Both the position numbers and the translations under genes were made by a program. Below are positions 11,109-20,829 of a DNA stretch of 64,000 bases, one piece after another (the first letter of the stretch is position 1; each line of letters opens with the position of its first letter). The stretch covers positions 128,001-192,000 of the forward strand of contig CAWJYV010000001.1 in NCBI GenBank assembly GCA_963847185.1, given 5' to 3'. The notes beneath the pieces were generated by a model. It worked only from the letters and a program-made list of their open reading frames with translations, was not told the DNA's origin and ran no database searches. The stretch is from an uncultured Methanosarcinaceae archaeon. Lineage in GTDB: Archaea > Halobacteriota > Methanosarcinia > Methanosarcinales > Methanosarcinaceae.

Positions 11109-12173
11109 ATGGAAAAAACAAAAATAATGGAAAACGTTTTCAAAGTCTTTCTTATATTTGTACCGCTGAGTCTGTTTGCAGAATATATGCACTTTTCGCC
11201 CATAGTAATTTTTATTTTAGCTTCGCTTGCGATTATACCACTTGCGAAATTTATCGGTGAATCAACTGAGGAGATTTCGGTACATACCGGTCCAGCACTA
11301 GGTGGATTATTAAACGCTACCTTTGGGAATGCAACAGAACTAATTATAAGCATTTTTGCCCTGCAAGCAGGACTTACTGAAATGGTAAAGGCGTCTATTA
11401 CAGGCTCTATCATTGGAAACTTGCTTTTGATTTTGGGTATGGCGCTTTTTTTCGGAGGTCTTGGAAAAGATGAACAGGTGTTCAATACGACAGCAGCAAA
11501 GACAAGCGCCTCCACTCTTTTTCTTGCAACTGCCGCTATTGTCATGCCAGCTGTTTTCGTTCTGACTTCAGAAGATCCTTCAGCCGCGACGATCGAGACT
11601 CTGAGCATTGCAGTTTCGGTCATCATGGCAGTGTCTTATCTTGCAAGCCTGCTTTTCTCACTTCACACCCACAAGCATTTATATACTGCTGACACGGCAG
11701 AATGCGTTGCCAAGTGGAGCGTCAAGAAATCTGTTTCGGTTCTTCTCTCATCAACTGTTGCGGTTGCTGTTATGAGTGAAATTCTGGTCGGCTCCATAGA
11801 ACCACTGGCTGAAAGCCTTGGCTGGACGGAACTGTTCATAGGTATGATTTTCGTAGCAATTATCGGAAACGCCGCGGAACATTTCTCAGCTATCACAATT
11901 GCCATCAAGAACCGGATGGATCTGTCACTCCAGATAGCAATCGGCTCGACAACTCAAATAGCTATGTTTGTCGTGCCGGTTCTGGTGTTTACGAGTTATT
12001 TCTTCGAAACTCCTATGAATCTTATTTTCACCACGTTTGAACTTGCTTGCATAGTCTCTGCCGTCTTAATGGTTAAATCCATCATCGAAGACGGAAAAAG
12101 CAACTGGTTTGAAGGATTACAGCTTCTGGGGACGTACGGAATAATGATTGTGGTCTCTTTCCTTCATCCATAA
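11109..12173 (+). CDS. cax: Calcium/proton exchanger (CaCA, CAX/ChaA type)
   Basis: Alpha repeats GNATE and GNAAEH, GSIIGNLL, DGKSNWFEG, about 10 TM helices. Confidence 0.92.
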   Translation: MEKTKIMENVFKVFLIFVPLSLFAEYMHFSPIVIFILASLAIIPLAKFIGESTEEISVHTGPALGGLLNATFGNATELIISIFALQAGLTEMVKASITGSIIGNLLLILGMALFFGGLGKDEQVFNTTAAKTSASTLFLATAAIVMPAVFVLTSEDPSAATIETLSIAVSVIMAVSYLASLLFSLHTHKHLYTADTAECVAKWSVKKSVSVLLSSTVAVAVMSEILVGSIEPLAESLGWTELFIGMIFVAIIGNAAEHFSAITIAIKNRMDLSLQIAIGSTTQIAMFVVPVLVFTSYFFETPMNLIFTTFELACIVSAVLMVKSIIEDGKSNWFEGLQLLGTYGIMIVVSFLHP

Positions 12174-12614
12174 GCGACAAAAATAAAAGTAGAACACAAG
12201 CTAGGAAAGAATGGAAGCTTGCTCAAGATGTGGAGTCTATATGCCCTGCAAGCGACTGATATTGCTCCTGCAATTGGATGTTTGACTATGGAATCAATTA
12301 TCAACATCCTAAATCTTATACATTATATTTTCTTTCTTCTCTACGAAATTATTTGTAATCAACACTCCAGAATTTACAACATTATTCTTGATGCTCTAAT
12401 CAAAGCATGACTAAATTGAAGAAAGTAGCTTATGAAAAAACTCTTCTATCCTTGTTTCAACTTTTTAGACCAATTTACAAGATTTAGCAGAATCCGCATC
12501 TCTAGAAAACTATTGAAATAATGTTAGTTCAATGAGATAAATATTTATAGAAAGTATAACTAGTATATACTGTAGTAAAATTAAAAGAAGTTACAAGAGG
12601 TAAAAGAAAATAAT

Positions 12615-13022
12615 ATGAAAATTCGAGTAGTCAGTTCCAGAGAAGAAATCTTTACATTAAATCCTAATGAGCGTATTATTCACATGGCCTTCAGACCTTC
12701 AAACAAGGACATTTTCGGACTTGTCGAAACCTGCCCGAAGGTCGAGGTAATTCAGTTACCTAAATCTTATATGGCTACAGTTTCGAAATCCATAGAAATG
12801 TTCCTTGAAATGCAGAGGATCAAACTTCTCGAAGGGGATGTTTGGGGTCACAGAAAAGATATAAACGAATATTACACCATTCCTTCCTCAGTAATTGAAA
12901 AAGTAAAAGAAATGAAGATCGAGGGAAAATCCGCTGAGGAAATCGAGACAAAGGTTTCAAGGGAAAGCAAACTTAACTCTGGAATGGTCGCTTATATCAT
13001 GAACAAAGAAAGTTCTGCCTGA
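12615..13022 (+). CDS. DUF1699 family protein
   Basis: MKIRVVSSREEI...HMAFRPSNKD...GDVWGHRKDINEYY, the methanogen-specific family pattern. Confidence 0.85.
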   Translation: MKIRVVSSREEIFTLNPNERIIHMAFRPSNKDIFGLVETCPKVEVIQLPKSYMATVSKSIEMFLEMQRIKLLEGDVWGHRKDINEYYTIPSSVIEKVKEMKIEGKSAEEIETKVSRESKLNSGMVAYIMNKESSA

Positions 13023-13338
13023 AGCTAATCAGGATAAAACACATCAGTAAGCGTTTTACTGGGGATTAGAGCATGAAGGAAGGTATAACTTCTTTCATGA
13101 TCTGATCTCCAATTTTTTTGCTTGAAAAAAAATGTTGTTTTGAGTTAATTAACTGTATTTGTGCAAAATCCAGAGAAAAGCCTACACTTATCTTAGTTGC
13201 ACTTAGATTATCCATTCCTAGAAACAGCTTTTTATTTTTTCGCTTTTTCGAGTAATTAATATTTTTGTGGTTGGAAGTTCATTCCATTTCCTATCATCAA
13301 AATATGTATAATTAATTTAGGCAGCTATAATGAGGTAT

Positions 13339-14544
13339 TTAGAGAATAAAGCTAACTGTTTTTATCGCATCCTCGATAATTAGAAGGCCTTTCTCTAATT
13401 CATCCTTCCTTATGTTTAGAGCAGGAAATATCCTAATCCCATTACTCTGAGTTTGAGTGACAAATAAACCTCTTGCCAAACATTCATTTTTGACATTTGT
13501 AGCAATGTCTTCGTTCTGGAACTCGACCATAATAAGAAGCCCTTTTCCCCTTATGTCGGCAATCACATTTCCATAAATTTTCTGCCATACACTCATCCGG
13601 TTCAGAGCGAGACAACCCATTTCTTCAACATTCTTGGAAATATTGTTATCTATCAGGTGTTTTATCACTGCATAGGAAACTGCACATCCAAGAGGATTAC
13701 CACAGTATGTACCTCCATGATCGCCTATTTCAAGCTTCTTTGCAACCTCCTCAGATAAGGCAAAAGCACCAAACGGAAAACCACCTGCGATTCCCTTTGC
13801 CATGGTCAGGAAGTCTACGCTCACTCTAGAGGAACTTGTAACGAAAGCCGGTCCTGTTCTAAAAAAGCCGGTTTGGATCTCATCCATGATCAGCAGGCTG
13901 CCATTTTTCTTACACAGGGTACTTACCTCTTTCAGGTATCCATCGGATGGTACACGAACTCCACCTTCTCCCTGAATAGGTTCAATAATCACTGCTGCAA
14001 CGTTCTCGTCCAGAGAAAGCTTCAAAGCCTCTAGATCATCATAGGGAACGAATCTATAATTGGGCATCAAAGGGTTATACCTGTCCCTATGCTTGGGCTG
14101 GCCTGTTGCCGATGTTGTACTTATCGTACGTCCGTGAAAACTTTGATCTGTAGAAATAATATATGATCTGCCTGTTACCTTTCGAGCCAATTTAATGGCA
14201 GCGTCGTTTGATTCAGCTCCACTATTTGTAAAGAATACTCTTGTAAGATTGGGAGGCAAAATTCCTGCCAGTAATGATAGTAGACGTGCGCGTGCCGGAG
14301 AATATGTAAGTCCTGAATTGGGATTTTGAATTATTTTTCTTCCTTGATCATTTAGGGCATTGGTAATGACGGGATTTGCATGACCAATACACGTTACACC
14401 CCAACCTGATGTGAAATCAATATACATCTTCCCTTCTTCATCCCATACATAAATTCCCTCTCCCTTCTCAATAGAGATCTTCTGTTTCACGAAGAAAGGT
14501 GGAAGACACTTGTCTTCGATTTTGAATGTTGTCTCGCTTGACAT
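13339..14544 (-). CDS. Class III PLP aminotransferase (acetylornithine aminotransferase-like)
   Basis: SGAESN, SFHGRT, EPIQGEGG, DEIQTGFFRTG, AKGIAGG, HGGTYCGNP. Confidence 0.9.
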   Translation of the reverse strand: MSSETTFKIEDKCLPPFFVKQKISIEKGEGIYVWDEEGKMYIDFTSGWGVTCIGHANPVITNALNDQGRKIIQNPNSGLTYSPARARLLSLLAGILPPNLTRVFFTNSGAESNDAAIKLARKVTGRSYIISTDQSFHGRTISTTSATGQPKHRDRYNPLMPNYRFVPYDDLEALKLSLDENVAAVIIEPIQGEGGVRVPSDGYLKEVSTLCKKNGSLLIMDEIQTGFFRTGPAFVTSSSRVSVDFLTMAKGIAGGFPFGAFALSEEVAKKLEIGDHGGTYCGNPLGCAVSYAVIKHLIDNNISKNVEEMGCLALNRMSVWQKIYGNVIADIRGKGLLIMVEFQNEDIATNVKNECLARGLFVTQTQSNGIRIFPALNIRKDELEKGLLIIEDAIKTVSFIL

Positions 14545-15211
14545 TATGAATCATTTCCTCTACAGCTAGCCGAAAGGAATTAAAAGGTAGCACCTAACTG
14601 CTACTTGTTTAAACTCATTTTTCGGTATCGCTGCATTTAATTGAAGTTATTCCACTTTATCAATCTGTTGATCCTCAAAAATCTAACCTACAATAGTGTT
14701 CAACTCCTGAAGACATTGAAGAATCTGATCTTACTCTGAAAATTGTTTAGTTTTCCAGACTGAATTTTACTCTAATAATGCAGTAAAGTCATAGCACAAA
14801 GGCAAAACCTTGTGGTTTTTATAACACACGCAGAATCTCTACACTTGGCCAAAATAGTTACCTTACTTTCATTTATTCAGAGAATAGTGCAAGCTTTGAA
14901 GCGTACATTAGTAAGCCAGTACAGTTCTAATTATACGGCCTGGATATGACATAACAGAGGAGAAGGTACAAAAACAGTTTATTCTTATTTTCCGGTATCT
15001 ATAAAGGTGAGCCCAAATCCAAACATCGTTTTTTAAGATTAACGGTTAATTTTCCGATCTTGTTTTTATTGATCTAGTTTTTTCTTTTATCCCGAAAAAA
15101 TGCCAAAAGTCTAACTTAATTGAAGGAACAAATCTTTGAATAACGAAGTGTATATCAAAGAATTACAGACAAACACAAAATATATAAACAGCAATTAAGT
15201 ATATCAAAAAT

Positions 15212-15457
15212 GTGTCGAGATCGCAAAAAACAACAAACTCAATAATAGACAAAGCAATAATTTTAGCACCAACAGTACTTATTTACTTCATTAGCTACTT
15301 TTTTATATTTGTCAAAGAAAACAGAATGAAAACAATATCATTAGACTATACAACTGCCTTTCTAAGCTTAATACCTCCAATAATATTTTTAGCAGTAATA
15401 TTTATTTTTCACAAATTCTCAAGTAGGCAGGTAAAGGACACTAAAAAACTACCTTAA
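15212..15457 (+). CDS. Small two-TM hypothetical membrane protein
   Basis: Two hydrophobic segments, upstream TATA-like TATATAAA, downstream T-tract. Confidence 0.4.
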   Translation: MSRSQKTTNSIIDKAIILAPTVLIYFISYFFIFVKENRMKTISLDYTTAFLSLIPPIIFLAVIFIFHKFSSRQVKDTKKLP

Positions 15458-15941
15458 TAATTTTTTTATTTTGTGATACTTTCCTATTTTTTACTTATTA
15501 AACGGAACTTCTGAGAAATAAATAAAATTTGGCAGAATATACTAATAGGGGCATGATAATAGCCCATTTTTATAGATAACCTCTATATTCTGCCCTATTC
15601 TTTAAAACCAATTATTTAGCGTGTGACTATCCTCTAAGATCTGAAACATATACCCCTTTAACCATATCGGCTTTCAGGCTTGAAAAATCCGAAATTCCGA
15701 AGATATTCAAAAGAAACAATACTTTTCATGCTATCGATTTTGGAAAAATTACTCTAAAATATCCGGTTATTATTTCAACTAAAGATTTGGGAAATGGGGT
15801 TAAAAGTATTCACGGAATATTAATCTTGGGATAAATTCATATATTAACTACAATATTTTTATATAATCTGTAAAAAATATTCAACCGTGTAAGTCCTAAT
15901 AATATTGCTTTCAAGCTCTCTAGTCTTTAAGTCTTCTAGGG

Positions 15942-18107
15942 GTGTTCACAATAGATATTAGTAAAAAGGTTCTGATAATAACTTTGTTGATTTTTGCCGT
16001 TCTTACCACTGCATTTACTTTCACCTATAATATGCAACTTTCTAATTTTTTAGAGCTTGAACAGGCGGACACAATGGAGAATGTAGAAAGGGTACAAAAT
16101 GCAATTTCGACTGAACAGGGATATCTTGATTACCTGGTTGCGGATTGGGCCTGCTGGAATGAGACTTACAGGTTTGTCGAAAATAGGAATCAACTGTTTG
16201 TAGATGAAACTATTGATAATGAAACTCTTGTAGGGCTCAAACTTGACGTGATAATTTTTGTGAATAATTCTGGATCTGTAGTCTACGCAAAATCGGTAGA
16301 CTCCGATACCGGAGAAGAAAAATCGGTTCCCAAGAGCCTTTTTAAACTCATAGAAAACAAAACTATTCTTGTAGAATCCGAAAATAAACCCATTAGAGGT
16401 TTTGTTTTACTCGATGAAGATCCAATGTATATTTCCTGCTATCCTATCCTGACGACAAATATGCAGGGACCTATGAAGGGCACTCTGATTTTTGGGAGAT
16501 ACTTTGACAGCTCTCTTATTGATTCTTTAAAAAAAGTTACACGATCTTCTCTTTTGATGTACAGGGTAGATGAAAATATGCCTCTCGATTTTAAGACAAA
16601 GTTTCACAATTTATCCACGCTTCCTGGTAGGACTATTGTCGAGCCCCTTAGTGAAGAGAGAATAGCAGGTTATTTTGAGTTCAAGGACATTTCAGGCAAG
16701 CCTGCCATTATAATGAGAGCTGATTTCCCAAGAGATCTCTATCAGCATGGAGAAAAAACTCTGAATTACATGTATTTTTTTCTTTTGTTAACCGGGATTA
16801 TGACGGGTGTCGGAGTTAAATTTTCACTTGACAGGTTATTCATTTCAAGATTAGTTGAAATTGATAATTTTGTTACAAAGGTAAGATCGGAAAAGGATCT
16901 TTCCAAAAGATTATTTCTTAAAGATAATGATGAACTCTATCGTTTGTCAAGAGAAATAAATGGAATGCTAAACGAAATTCATTTGATAGAGCAAGAATTA
17001 AAATCACAGGAAAGGGAAAAGAAAGTCCTGCTAGATTCTCTTGAGGAACTAGTTATCTTCATAAATCCTGATCTTAATATAATATGGGCAAACAAGGCTG
17101 CCCTCGGACATATTAAAATGAGCCTCCAAGATGCAGTGGGCAAATGCATAAAATCCATTCCTGACATGAGCGGTGCTTTATCTGAAGACAAGCAAATTGA
17201 ACAAATTTTTTTAATAGGCAACAAAAAATCATGGGAATTTACTTCAAAGGACGACAGGATCTGGTTTGTACAGGCAATCCCGGTTACTGGAGAGGATGGA
17301 AAGATTATAGGTATTATGGTAACCTGTAGAGAGATTACGGAAAGGAAGGTAGCAGAAAAACTTCGACAGGAAAAACAAATTGCAGAAATTGCAAACAGGA
17401 CGAAAAGCGAGTTCCTGGCAAATATGAGCCACGAACTGAGAACCCCACTTAACTCAATAATAGGATTTTCTGACATGCTGTATGAGCAGGCGTATGGAAA
17501 ACTTAGTGAAAAACAATTAAGAGCAGTAGGAAATATATCTAGGAGTGGAAAACATCTACTGGGTCTTATCAATGATATTCTGGATCTTTCAAAAGTGGAA
17601 GCCGGAAAACTTGAACTTGACTATAAAGACTTTGAACTTGCTCCCAAGCTTAGTATGATACAAAATTTGCTGTCTCCAATTGCAGATCGAAAAAATATTA
17701 AAATCGAAATTGATATTGATAGTGAGCTTAAAAGTATCCGTGCGGACGAATCCAGGTTTGCTCAGATCATGTATAACCTTGTGGATAATGCTATTAAGTT
17801 CTCCTATGAAAACAGTCTCATAAAGATTAAGGCAAGAAAAAAGGGAGACCTGGTGGAGATAACAGTTAAAGATACCGGAATGGGTATTAAACTTAAGGAT
17901 CAGAATAAACTTTTTAAACCCTTTAGTCAGATAGATTATTTTTCCTCCAAAAAATTCCAGGGAACGGGGCTCGGTCTTTCATTAGTTAAGCAGATTGTCC
18001 AGTTGCATGGTGGATATGTCTGGTTCAAGAGCAATCTGGAGGAAGGAAGTACTTTTGCATTTACAATTCCAATAAATGGAGATAGAGGCAAAGGAGGAGA
18101 CTTATAA
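15942..18107 (+). CDS. Membrane sensor histidine kinase (CHASE4-HAMP-PAS-HisKA-HATPase)
   Basis: TM, DWACWNETY (CHASE4-like), DELYRLSREINGML (HAMP), KSEFLANMSHELRTPL, GTGLGL. Confidence 0.92.
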   Translation: MFTIDISKKVLIITLLIFAVLTTAFTFTYNMQLSNFLELEQADTMENVERVQNAISTEQGYLDYLVADWACWNETYRFVENRNQLFVDETIDNETLVGLKLDVIIFVNNSGSVVYAKSVDSDTGEEKSVPKSLFKLIENKTILVESENKPIRGFVLLDEDPMYISCYPILTTNMQGPMKGTLIFGRYFDSSLIDSLKKVTRSSLLMYRVDENMPLDFKTKFHNLSTLPGRTIVEPLSEERIAGYFEFKDISGKPAIIMRADFPRDLYQHGEKTLNYMYFFLLLTGIMTGVGVKFSLDRLFISRLVEIDNFVTKVRSEKDLSKRLFLKDNDELYRLSREINGMLNEIHLIEQELKSQEREKKVLLDSLEELVIFINPDLNIIWANKAALGHIKMSLQDAVGKCIKSIPDMSGALSEDKQIEQIFLIGNKKSWEFTSKDDRIWFVQAIPVTGEDGKIIGIMVTCREITERKVAEKLRQEKQIAEIANRTKSEFLANMSHELRTPLNSIIGFSDMLYEQAYGKLSEKQLRAVGNISRSGKHLLGLINDILDLSKVEAGKLELDYKDFELAPKLSMIQNLLSPIADRKNIKIEIDIDSELKSIRADESRFAQIMYNLVDNAIKFSYENSLIKIKARKKGDLVEITVKDTGMGIKLKDQNKLFKPFSQIDYFSSKKFQGTGLGLSLVKQIVQLHGGYVWFKSNLEEGSTFAFTIPINGDRGKGGDL

Positions 18108-18399
18108 ATTTGGACAATATCCTTGCAAATTTATTACGTGCATTACACAGCCAAGAATGTTACATGTAACCAAACTTAGAATTTTATAAAAGGAACTAAA
18201 GTAAAAGAAGAGGGCTACAGAAGCTCTTAGAAGGATCTCGCATATATAGAAGGTAGGGATAGAAATGCAAAAATAGCTATCCCATATTTCCATCCAGATC
18301 ACAATAATTCGAAAAAGAATCTACTGAATGCAGGCAAACTAAAGTTTAAACATTGTTCAGAATATAAGTTGACAGCCTCCTCCATTTTTTAATTTCTAG

Positions 18400-18595
18400 C
18401 CCAAATTTGACAGAAGCACATATTGTATAATGTCTAAATGGGCTTCATGCTTTTGTTTTCTGTATACAATTCAAAGTTTTGTTTCGCATCTTATGATTTT
18501 TTAACATTTTTCATTTTACGGAAATGTAATGTGTCGATGAACTTGTTTTGTGTAAGAAAATAATGTATTGATTAACAGAATCTGTCAAATTAGGG
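18400..18595. mobile_element. MITE-like element, family B
   Basis: TIRs CCCAAATTTGACAGA / TCTGTCAAATTAGGG (14/15 match); TCTA on both flanks is a possible TSD. Confidence 0.55.
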
Positions 18596-18613
18596 TTCTA
18601 ACCATATCTTCTA

Positions 18614-18865
18614 ACCGACATTCTGCAGATGTTCTCAAAAAAACAACATTATTCCTGCTATTGATTTTGGAGAATTATTCAAAAATTCTCCAGTTATTAT
18701 CTCAACTGAAGCCTTGAGAATTGGGGTTAAAAGCTTTTATTAAAGGCAAAAAGGGCGAAAATTGGAGGACATTTAAAAAATATTTTTTTGAGTTACCGGG
18801 GTAGTTTCCAAAAAACGCTAGCAGGAAAAATCGTGAAAATTGTCAGACATCTGCGGAAAATCAGT
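18614..18865. mobile_element. MITE-like element, family A, copy 2
   Basis: TIRs ACCGACATTCTGCAGATGTT / GACATCTGCGGAAAATCAGT; interior colinear with 6828-7081 (e.g. TCAACTGAAGCCTTG). Confidence 0.75.
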
Positions 18866-18983
18866 TGAATTCAGCAAATTGTCACATTTCTGTTCAGACA
18901 GATGTCAGTATTTAAATAACAATTTTTGTACCTTTTTTTAGCTATTAATAAGATTTAAGGTACTTTTTGCCCCAAAAGCGAAA

Positions 18984-19033
18984 TTTAAATATTAACAATG
19001 AATAGGATGTTTTGCCAATTCACAATTGTGAAT
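18984..19033 (+). promoter_or_regulatory. TATA box plus palindrome ATTCACAATTGTGAAT upstream of tRNA-Cys 1
   Basis: TTTAAATA at 18984; palindrome core at 19019-19032. Confidence 0.75.
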
Positions 19034-19042
19034 ATACAAAGT

Positions 19043-19114
19043 GCCAAGATGGCAGAAAGGCTATGCAATGGGCAGCAGATCCATTTAATTTCGGTTCGAA
19101 TCCGAATCTTGGCT
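19043..19114 (+). tRNA. tRNA-Cys(GCA) with non-canonical A33
   Basis: Acceptor GCCAAGA/TCTTGGC, D stem GCA/TGC, anticodon stem ATGGG/TCCAT with loop CA-GCA-GA, T arm TTCGG-TTCGAAT-CCGAA, U73. Confidence 0.85.
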
Positions 19115-19313
19115 TGGGAATTTCTATGTACAGGAGGGAAAGAAAATACTTTGAGTTATCATTCCTGGAACATCTGGAAATTCTCAGAAAAGCACTAAAA
19201 ATGCTGGAAAAACATTAGGAAGGTAGAAAATGAAGAAATATGGGAAAAAATATTGGAACAGATAATATGTGAAGTTAAAGAAGGCAAAAATATGAATTCA
19301 ACAAGGTTAAAGT

Positions 19314-19790
19314 ATGAAAGGAGAGATCGTTAACGGAATACAGAATTCTGTCTTCGATCTGGATGAACATGTCGTTGAAAAGGCCTCGGAGGCTCTTGAC
19401 GATGGATTTACAGTTGAAATAATCTGGGAGGCTCTTGAGCTAATTGAGCTGTATTTTATTTTGCGTATAATGGGGCATTTGCTTCTTGAAGCGGAATATA
19501 TACTTCTCAAAGTTAGAACTAATCCTCTCCATCTGATTGAACAGAAATTTGTTCAAGCTGTAAAAATAATAGGTGGTATCCTTGAAAAAGGGAAATTCCA
19601 ACTATGGCAGATATTTAATATGTATCACATTTCAAAAGGAACAGTGATAAAAGTGCGCAGACAGTTAACAATGGAATCTAAAAAAGATACAGGGTTATAT
19701 GGGAACTTTATCATGGAGTCTGATCGCACATCAACTCGCCCTCTGGTTTCACATGTAACCGAGACTTTAACTTCATCATACTGTTGTTGA
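19314..19790 (+). pseudogene. Degenerate ORF; N-terminus resembles the cap domain of a corrinoid (B12-binding) protein
   Basis: EIVNGIQNSVFDLDEHVVEKASEALDDGF resembles the MtaC/MtbC-type N-terminal helical cap; no DxHxxG motif seen. Confidence 0.35.
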
Positions 19791-19994
19791 TTGAGACTAT
19801 TATAAACTCCCTAACCTCCTTTTATTTTTTTCTAAGATATCTACTGCACAAAATAATTTTTACCAGAAAACTCTCTTTTTAAGCTGGAATGTTCCATAAA
19901 GTTGTGGTCTCTGCAGTTGTATATTCGTTTTCGATTTCGTTTCTGGCATCAAACATTAGAAATATTTGGATTACTTTTTGCCTTGAAAAGTAGT

Positions 19995-20043
19995 TTTAAA
20001 TATTAATAATGTGTATGAGTATTATCCATTCACAATTGTGAAT
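19995..20043 (+). promoter_or_regulatory. TATA box plus palindrome ATTCACAATTGTGAAT upstream of tRNA-Cys 2
   Basis: TTTAAATA at 19995; palindrome at 20028-20043. Confidence 0.75.
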
Positions 20044-20049
20044 TGATGT

Positions 20050-20121
20050 GCCAGGGTGGCGGAAAGGCTACGCAATGGACTGCAGATCCATTTCATCCCG
20101 ATTCGATTCCGGGCTCTGGCT
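20050..20121 (+). tRNA. tRNA-Cys(GCA) with an A53:C61 T-stem mismatch
   Basis: Identical to 20278-20349 except CCCGATTCG versus CCCGGTTCG; loop CT-GCA-GA. Confidence 0.85.
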
Positions 20122-20221
20122 TGAAAGTTTCGTTGCAGGTACTACAAGAAAACTTTTGAAAATTTACAGTTTTCTTCGCCCTTAAATGCCGTAAAAGGCA
20201 TATTTTGCCTTGAAAAAAAGG

Positions 20222-20270
20222 TTTAAATATTAAAAATGAGTATGACGTGTTGCCAGTTCACAATTGTGAA
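20222..20270 (+). promoter_or_regulatory. TATA box plus palindrome TTCACAATTGTGAA upstream of tRNA-Cys 3
   Basis: TTTAAATA at 20222; palindrome at 20257-20270. Confidence 0.75.
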
Positions 20271-20277
20271 TTGATGT

Positions 20278-20349
20278 GCCAGGGTGGCGGAAAGGCTACG
20301 CAATGGACTGCAGATCCATTTCATCCCGGTTCGATTCCGGGCTCTGGCT
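20278..20349 (+). tRNA. tRNA-Cys(GCA), canonical
   Basis: Full cloverleaf GCCAGGG/CTCTGGC, ATGGA-CTGCAGA-TCCAT, CCCGG-TTCGATT-CCGGG, G37, U73. Confidence 0.95.
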
Positions 20350-20467
20350 TAAAAGTTTTCTCATAAAGGTTAGCAGAAAACTTTTAGCAAGAAAATTCCA
20401 GGGCTCTTTTTGCTCAGAAGGAGGCTCAAGAAGAATAAACAAATAAGAAATAAACAGCAAATAAAAC

Positions 20468-20483
20468 CTTCACAATTGTGAAG
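20468..20483. promoter_or_regulatory. Fourth, orphan copy of the palindrome (CTTCACAATTGTGAAG)
   Basis: Perfect 16-bp palindrome, with no tRNA directly after it and no TTTAAATA 35 bp upstream. Confidence 0.6.
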
Positions 20484-20592
20484 CATAATGGCGCCAGTCA
20501 ACAAATGACTCAACTAAAAAGGTATGAAACACTCCCATTCGTAGATGAACAGACAAAACACGACTCATAAAACCCACAACCAAATTTGTGCA

Positions 20593-20721
20593 ACTCACTT
20601 TCCGCAGAAATCCACAAAATAATACCCTTCCACTCAATATGGGTATAGCCCTAAATTTTATTAGTAATATAACTATTGGGCAAATCACTCCTCAATTGTG
20701 TACATCTGCGGAACAGTGTGT
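20593..20721. mobile_element. Short derivative of MITE family A abutting the tRNA-Cys 4 promoter region
   Basis: ACTCACTTTCCGCAGA at the left end and ACATCTGCGGAACAGTG at the right end match family A TIRs. Confidence 0.5.
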
Positions 20722-20745
20722 ATAATATAAAAAACCAGAAAAGAT

Positions 20746-20817
20746 GCTGTGATGGCGGAAAGGCTACGCGGTGGACTGCAAATCCATTACATCCCGGTTC
20801 GATTCCGGGTCTCAGCT
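20746..20817 (+). tRNA. Divergent tRNA-Cys(GCA) with A37 and a U5:U68 acceptor mismatch
   Basis: GCTGTGA/TCTCAGC, GTGGA-CTGCAAA-TCCAT, CCCGG-TTCGATT-CCGGG, U73; ends 12 bp before the pscS ATG. Confidence 0.88.
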
Positions 20818-20829
20818 TAGGGGTAATAT

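Noticed and set aside
11024-11626. 200-aa antisense ORF (and similar ones at 16979..17572 and 26488..27027)
   Set aside because: Shadows of well-supported genes on the opposite strand
14545-15000. Riboswitch upstream of the aminotransferase
   Set aside because: Only a short hairpin (GTAGCA..TGCTAC); no recognisable aptamer consensus
18998-19218. Short ORFs 18998..19198 and 19012..19218
   Set aside because: They overlap the tRNA-Cys gene at 19043-19114
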